NCBI GenBank assembly: GCA_965662235.1
Contig: CBFIGY010000013.1
Location: forward strand, 1-64,000
DNA length: 64,000 bases
Direction of reading: 5' to 3'
Source: an uncultured bacterium
GTDB taxonomy: Bacteria; SAR324; NAC60-12
In this document: positions 58,980-64,000 of the stretch, one piece after another
How the letters are laid out: every line of letters starts with the position of its first letter
Position numbering within the stretch: position 1 is the first letter of the stretch
Notes under the pieces: model-generated
What the model was told of the DNA's origin: nothing
Database searches by the model: none
What the model saw: only the letters and a program-made list of their open reading frames with translations
Translations under genes and position numbers: made by a program

Positions 58980-59324
58980 TCAGCTGGCAATGCGGTCGAG
59001 GGCAACGTCAAGGGAGGGGGTGACCTGGAGGAAGCGGTCGATCTGCGTCAACGCGATCGTCTGCCGGACCACTTCATTGGGGCCACTGAGGAAGAAGGGA
59101 ACCCGCTGGTTGAGGGAGAGTTTTGCCCCATACAGGATGATGCCAATGCCCGAGGAGTCGAGAAAGTCCAGGCTTTCCAGGTCCAGGACCAGGCCCGAAG
59201 GGGTCTCCTTCAGCAACGACTCCAGCTGCTGCTTGAGCTTGGACACATTGGAACTCTCCAAGGTTCCGGACAGGGTGACCACCTGGACGGATCCGTTCTT
59301 TGTAACATCAATCTGTAGGAACAC
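58980..59324 (-). CDS. STAS anti-sigma-factor antagonist
   Basis: LVLDLESLDFLDSSGIG. Confidence 0.9.
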   Translation of the reverse strand: MFLQIDVTKNGSVQVVTLSGTLESSNVSKLKQQLESLLKETPSGLVLDLESLDFLDSSGIGIILYGAKLSLNQRVPFFLSGPNEVVRQTIALTQIDRFLQVTPSLDVALDRIAS

Positions 59325-59533
59325 GGCTGCTTCTTCTTTAATGATCGAAAAAGATGCAATTTATTTTTATTTTTTGATTTTTTCCCTGAATTTCAGGAAA
59401 GAGCGCTATCATACGTATCCAATTTATTATCTCAAGATGATATTTCTCAGGAAGGAGACGGAAGCGGACGGGTCAGGACCCTTGTGGTGGGGAAAGCATT
59501 GGGGGCTTTTTCAGGGGAGGCTGGCAACGGTGG

Positions 59534-61384
59534 TTAGATTTCATAGTGCATCCCCTGAGCTTGCAGGGTCACCACAAAGCAGGCCCCTGACGGCATTGGC
59601 TCGCAGCGGAGCTCTCCTCCTTGCTCCCGCATCAGCCCGTGGGCAATCGCAAGCCCCATCCCCCGGCCCTTCCCCAGGGGCTTGGTGGTAAAAAAGGGCT
59701 CAAAGACCCGTTCCTTCAGAGCCTCCGGGACACCTGGCCCTGAATCCTGCACCCGGACCTCTAGCATTTCTGACCCTGAAGACGCTTTTCGCACCTGGAC
59801 CCTGAGGTCAATCTGCCGCCGAGGCTGCTGCCGCATGGCATCAATGGCATTGCTCAGAAGGTTCACAAACACCTGCTCCATTTTACTGGGCACTCCCAAG
59901 GCCCACGGCAGGTCAGCAGGGCACTCTTTTTTCAGCTGAACCTGATGCGTCAGCAGCCGCGACCGCAGGACGTTCTCGGAGCGCTGCAGCACCTCCTTCA
60001 GGGAAAACACGGAGTTGCCCTGACCTTCTTGAAAGCGCCCAAACGTCCGGATGTCTTCAATGATCTGGGAGATGTGCTTGCACGCCTGCTGCGCTCGCTC
60101 TAGGCTCCGGACCAGACGACTCTTGCGGATGTCCGCCCGCTCCAGTTCCAGAAGAACCTGATCCAGCGTCAAGTAAACCTGGGCCAGGGGGCTGTTGATT
60201 TCATGGGCCATGGCCGTGGTGATTTCTCCAAGGGAGATCAGCCGAGCCTGCTTCTGGACCACTTGACTGAGCTCCTGACTCCGGGTGCTCCAGGTGTTCA
60301 GGACACGCAGCCCCCACCCAACCAGCAGCATCAGCGCCAACCACGCCCCGGCCGCACTCCAGGCCAGTTGAGTCCGCAGCGTGGTGTTCTGTTGCTGAAA
60401 GGCCTCTGCGGAAAGAAAGGTCACAAAGAACCAAGGGGCCTCGGTGCGACGCTCCAGCTGCAGGACGCCTGCTTGCTGCCGTGCGGTCCGGATGGGCGCA
60501 TAAGGCGTGGAGCAAAACAACCCCTCTTCATTGGCGCCACACTGCGGTGTCGCGGAACGGACCGTCTCCCAGGTGAGCGGATGCTCCGCCTGCAGGCGAT
60601 CCCCCCAGTCCCCGGCCTCCAGGAACCCCCACTGCTTCTCCGAGCCAAACCCAACAAAGAGGCGTCCCTGTGTATCCAGCAGCAGCTCCTGTGTTTCCTG
60701 AGAGGCACTCACCCGAGTCAAGCTGTTGAGCAGGCCGCTGCCCAGGTAGTTCATCACCACCATTCCTGCACGAACGCCAGCAGGATCAAACACAGGCGCC
60801 ACCACCCGGATCACGGGCTTGTAGGGTTCTTCCACCACCCCATTCTCCTGGTTCAGGTCCAACTCTGAAAAGAGCACCGTCCCTCTCGGAAGCAGCTGCC
60901 CCTCCTGAAAGTACTCCCGCTGTGACTTGTCCTGCAGTTCCTCCGTGGGCACCACTCGGGGAGCCCCAGCGGAAAAGTTGACGCGGCTCACTTCCTGCCC
61001 GGTGTTGCTGAGCAACCGGATCTGATCGTACCCCTGTGACGCTTCTCCAAAGTACAGAAACTCTTCGGCAATCCGGGCACTTGCTCCTTCTTGATTGAGC
61101 AGACGCTCCGTGTTCACCCGGACGTGCCTGACTTCATCGAGCAGGCGCAGCATCCGTTCCTCCCAAACCTCCTTGGCGGCAATGTGAAACTGCTGACGGT
61201 TCTGCCAGTTCTCCCTCTGGAGCTGCAGGATCGACTGGTCTTCGAGAAACCACACCAGCCCGGAGCCTGCTGTGATCAGCAACAGCAGCAGCCAACCACG
61301 GACCTGAAGCCAAGACGTCACGGCCTGGATGAGTGGCGTCACGCCCCTGTTCCTCTCGGTAACGGTTTCCAAACAGCTCGGCAA
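59534..61384 (-). CDS. Cache-type membrane sensor histidine kinase
   Basis: YDQIRLL..GQEV.RV, LQDKSQREYF, LDLNQENG..E.PYKPVIR; AHEINSPL, NLLSNA, DSGPG. Start uncertain. Confidence 0.9.
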   Translation of the reverse strand: MPSCLETVTERNRGVTPLIQAVTSWLQVRGWLLLLLITAGSGLVWFLEDQSILQLQRENWQNRQQFHIAAKEVWEERMLRLLDEVRHVRVNTERLLNQEGASARIAEEFLYFGEASQGYDQIRLLSNTGQEVSRVNFSAGAPRVVPTEELQDKSQREYFQEGQLLPRGTVLFSELDLNQENGVVEEPYKPVIRVVAPVFDPAGVRAGMVVMNYLGSGLLNSLTRVSASQETQELLLDTQGRLFVGFGSEKQWGFLEAGDWGDRLQAEHPLTWETVRSATPQCGANEEGLFCSTPYAPIRTARQQAGVLQLERRTEAPWFFVTFLSAEAFQQQNTTLRTQLAWSAAGAWLALMLLVGWGLRVLNTWSTRSQELSQVVQKQARLISLGEITTAMAHEINSPLAQVYLTLDQVLLELERADIRKSRLVRSLERAQQACKHISQIIEDIRTFGRFQEGQGNSVFSLKEVLQRSENVLRSRLLTHQVQLKKECPADLPWALGVPSKMEQVFVNLLSNAIDAMRQQPRRQIDLRVQVRKASSGSEMLEVRVQDSGPGVPEALKERVFEPFFTTKPLGKGRGMGLAIAHGLMREQGGELRCEPMPSGACFVVTLQAQGMHYEI

Positions 61385-61433
61385 CCTCCCTGGCCCTTTC
61401 GAGGGGGAAGCAGCTGTCCTTTTGAAGGGGGAA

Positions 61434-61829
61434 TCAAGCGCGCGCCTGCAAGGCGGCCTGGAGGGTTTCTGTCAGCACATTGAAGCCGACCGGTTTACGG
61501 AGCAGGGCAAAGGCTCCCAGACTGAGGCAGTGTTGCTCAACGCGAGCATCTAAGTGCCCGGAGTGGATGACAACCCGAGAGGCCTTCACGGTCTCGGGCG
61601 TAAGGGATTCCAGCACTTCAATCCCGGTGAGGACCGGCATGTTGATGTCCAACAGAACCAGCTGAGGAGGCTGCTGCTGACGGAGGCACTGCAACGCTTC
61701 TCCCCCATCCTGGGCCTCAATCACCTGATAGTCCTCTTCTAGGAGCATCACCATGGCTTCCCTGAGGTCGTGATTGTCTTCGGCGATCAGAAGCGTCGCC
61801 TTGGAATTCAGTGAGTCAGGATCGGTCAT
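61434..61829 (-). CDS. Single-domain response regulator
   Basis: IAEDN, LLDINMP, HSG, RKP. Confidence 0.9.
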   Translation of the reverse strand: MTDPDSLNSKATLLIAEDNHDLREAMVMLLEEDYQVIEAQDGGEALQCLRQQQPPQLVLLDINMPVLTGIEVLESLTPETVKASRVVIHSGHLDARVEQHCLSLGAFALLRKPVGFNVLTETLQAALQARA

Positions 61830-62439
61830 GAAAATGCGGTCACTTCAGCCGTCAACAGAGCTTCACCGGAGGGGCCCTGTTTCTGGGATTGCGGCACTCA
61901 ATCCAGCATCCCTCTCCGGATCCGTGCTCTTGCCTGTTTGACGTTGAGCCGTTTTGTCCAAAAAACAGTCTTACAAAACGAATGTAAAGCTTACTTGAAA
62001 AGCGGAGTCAATCAAGAAAATCTTTTCAAAAAAAAAAAAAACCAAGCATAATCAAAGTGCTAAATCTGTAAAACCCATGAAACAGCTGTTCTTCACCCGG
62101 GTTGCCCCCTTGGAAGAGCGGCCAGTTTTCTGAAAACCGGAACTTGTTAATTTTCCTCAAAAAGATTCTTTTCAGGAAAATTGAAGAATTTACTTTCCTG
62201 AGAGGGAGGGGGGCCGCCCCACCTGACTGGGCATGAGCCGTCAGAAGGTTCCGAAAAAGGAACTCCTTCCGCACGACTTTCTCGGAGGCGCCGCCAAAGT
62301 GGGGATTGATCTGGGGATTCCGATGCCCCAATTCGATTGTTTGTCGAGGCGTCTCCTGCTAGGATGGGGACTTTCCTGCTCAGAGCCCGCGATGCAGGAC
62401 CCAATTGAACCTCATCACTATCATGTTTCAGGAGTCTGG

Positions 62440-63069
62440 ATGAAGAAACTCGGTATTCTGTTTGTAACCCTGGCGACCAGCCTCTTGCTGGCAAGCGCGG
62501 TGCAGGCCGCAGGAGACCCCGCCAAAGGGAAAGCCCTTTATGGCGTCTGTGCCTCTTGCCATGGAGCCAATGGCGAAGGCAATCAGGCCTTGAATGCCCC
62601 GATGATTGCAGGGCAGCAGGAGTGGTACACGGCCCGGCAGTTGAACAACTACAAGGCGGGCGTTCGGGGCACCCACCCGGAGGATACCTATGGCGCGCAG
62701 ATGCGTCCCATGTCCATGACCCTGGCCAATGAGCAGGCGGTCAATGACGTTGCGGCCTACATTGCGTCCCTGCCAGCCGCAGCGCCTCAGGTGACCCTGG
62801 GAGGAAACGCTGGAGCCGGAAAAGCCATGTATGGCGTTTGTGCCTCTTGCCATGGCGCCAACGGAGAGGGCAACCAAGCCCTGAATGCGCCCCGGATTGC
62901 GGGTCAGCACGACTGGTACACGGCTCGCCAGCTGAATCATTTCAAGAAGGGCATCCGTGGCACCAACCCGAAGGACACCTACGGCATGCAGATGCGCCCC
63001 ATGTCCATGACGCTGCCCGATGATGCAGCCGTCAACAACATGGCCGCCTACCTCGCTTCCCTGAAGTAA
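62440..63069 (+). CDS. Diheme cytochrome c (c4-like)
   Basis: Signal peptide, two CASCH heme motifs, two QMRPMS Met-ligand segments; ATG at 62440. Confidence 0.93.
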   Translation: MKKLGILFVTLATSLLLASAVQAAGDPAKGKALYGVCASCHGANGEGNQALNAPMIAGQQEWYTARQLNNYKAGVRGTHPEDTYGAQMRPMSMTLANEQAVNDVAAYIASLPAAAPQVTLGGNAGAGKAMYGVCASCHGANGEGNQALNAPRIAGQHDWYTARQLNHFKKGIRGTNPKDTYGMQMRPMSMTLPDDAAVNNMAAYLASLK

Positions 63070-63076
63070 GCTCCTG

Positions 63077-63101
63077 GGCTCCCTGCGGGGAGCCTTTCCC
63101 T
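63077..63101 (+). terminator. Intrinsic terminator-like hairpin
   Basis: GGCTCCC-TGCG-GGGAGCC followed by TTTC. Confidence 0.5.
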
Positions 63102-63235
63102 TCCCCCAGCCCGCTTCCGGCGACAAAATCCTTGTCATTCTTGCCGGATTTCTTTAGGTTTTCCTGCATCCGCGACCCCCCTTTTGGGTCTTCCCTTGGA
63201 AGGTCTCGCCACCCTCCCATCCCAGACGTGGTCTC

Positions 63236-64000
63236 TTGTTGAACCTGCAATTTTCCCTTGAAAAGCGAGCCAACCCCACCCTCACTGGACGGGCGGTGGT
63301 CCTCAGCTTGGCGCTGTTGCTCTCTCTGGCAATGGGGGGACTCTTCTTGTGGGCTGTGTCCATTCCGCCCCTGGAGGCCTACGGACTGGTCTGGCAGGAG
63401 GTGTTTGTCTCTCCGTACGGGCAGCAGGACCTGATGGTCAAGCTGACGCCGTTGCTGCTGACCGGAGTCGCCGTGGCCGTGGCCGCACAGATGAAGCAGT
63501 GGAACATTGGGGCCGAGGGACAGTTTCACATGGGCACCTTTGCTGTCACCTGGGTAGCGCTCAACGTGTCCGGACTTCCTCAAGGCGTGATGCTGGTGCT
63601 GATGGGACTGGCCGCTTGCGTGGGAGGAGGACTCTGGGGCGCGCTTCCGGGATGGCTCAAGGCTCGCTTGGGGGTGAATGAGATCATCACCTCCTTGCTG
63701 CTGAACTACGTGGCTGCAGCGTGGATCGACTACCTGCTCTTTGGAGAGTGGAAGGACCCCGGAAGCAACAACTTCCCCATCACCCCCACCTTTGACGCCA
63801 GCGCCCGGCTTCCATTGCTCGGACAAACGAGCGTGCATGCGGGGCTGCTGATGGCCCTGGTGGTGATGCTGCTGGTGGCTTGGGTGATGCAGAAGACCCG
63901 GCTCGGATTTCAGATTCGCTTGGCGGGTGACAACCTAGACGCGGCACGCTACTCCGGGATCTCCACCCAGCGCCTGGTGCTGTTCGTCTTCACCGTCAGC
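63236..64000 (+). CDS. ABC transporter permease (nucleoside/BMP-associated type), 3'-truncated
   Basis: Not in the ORF track; reads ..TPLLLTGVAVAVA..WNIGAEGQ..LKARLGVNEIITSLLLNY..; start approximate. Confidence 0.88.
   Translation, partial: MLNLQFSLEKRANPTLTGRAVVLSLALLLSLAMGGLFLWAVSIPPLEAYGLVWQEVFVSPYGQQDLMVKLTPLLLTGVAVAVAAQMKQWNIGAEGQFHMGTFAVTWVALNVSGLPQGVMLVLMGLAACVGGGLWGALPGWLKARLGVNEIITSLLLNYVAAAWIDYLLFGEWKDPGSNNFPITPTFDASARLPLLGQTSVHAGLLMALVVMLLVAWVMQKTRLGFQIRLAGDNLDAARYSGISTQRLVLFVFTVS

Noticed and set aside
1..64000. CRISPR arrays, tRNA/rRNA, transposases, integrases, phage or defence genes
   Set aside because: No spaced repeats, RNA gene signatures or such protein motifs seen by eye; short ncRNAs could be missed.

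Overview
GC-rich bacterial chromosomal window, deltaproteobacterial-like in gene content (possibly SAR324; a low-confidence guess). 1-25 kb is mostly housekeeping: SDR (partial, lower GC), Gfo/Idh/MocA, a DciA-like protein, YqgE/AlgH, argA, lepB-map-hflK, an atypical RelA/SpoT homologue, an Rrf2-iscS-iscU-hscB-hscA operon, minCDE, VKOR-like + PrkA-like, a hydrogenase maturation protease, AICAR formyltransferase, a ProVWX-type ABC importer and a RibD reductase domain. 25.4-61.8 kb is one continuous signal-transduction cluster. It holds two CheA modules, a partner-switching module (three STAS proteins, PP2C, REC-anti-sigma kinase), eight kinase-fold proteins (two with His->Glu H-boxes), about 14 receiver domains and no DNA-binding output domain. 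It also holds two adenylate cyclase-TPR-PilZ fusions, an I-site-only GGDEF protein, a PruR-like tandem periplasmic protein coupled to a kinase, a PAS-within-PAS sensor and a membrane spermidine-synthase-like gene inside the che operon. The window ends with a diheme cytochrome c and a partial ABC permease. The best candidates for new biology are the chemosensory/cAMP/c-di-GMP circuit and a 63-aa module shared by the DciA-like protein and LepB. All calls come from reading motifs by eye; no searches were run.
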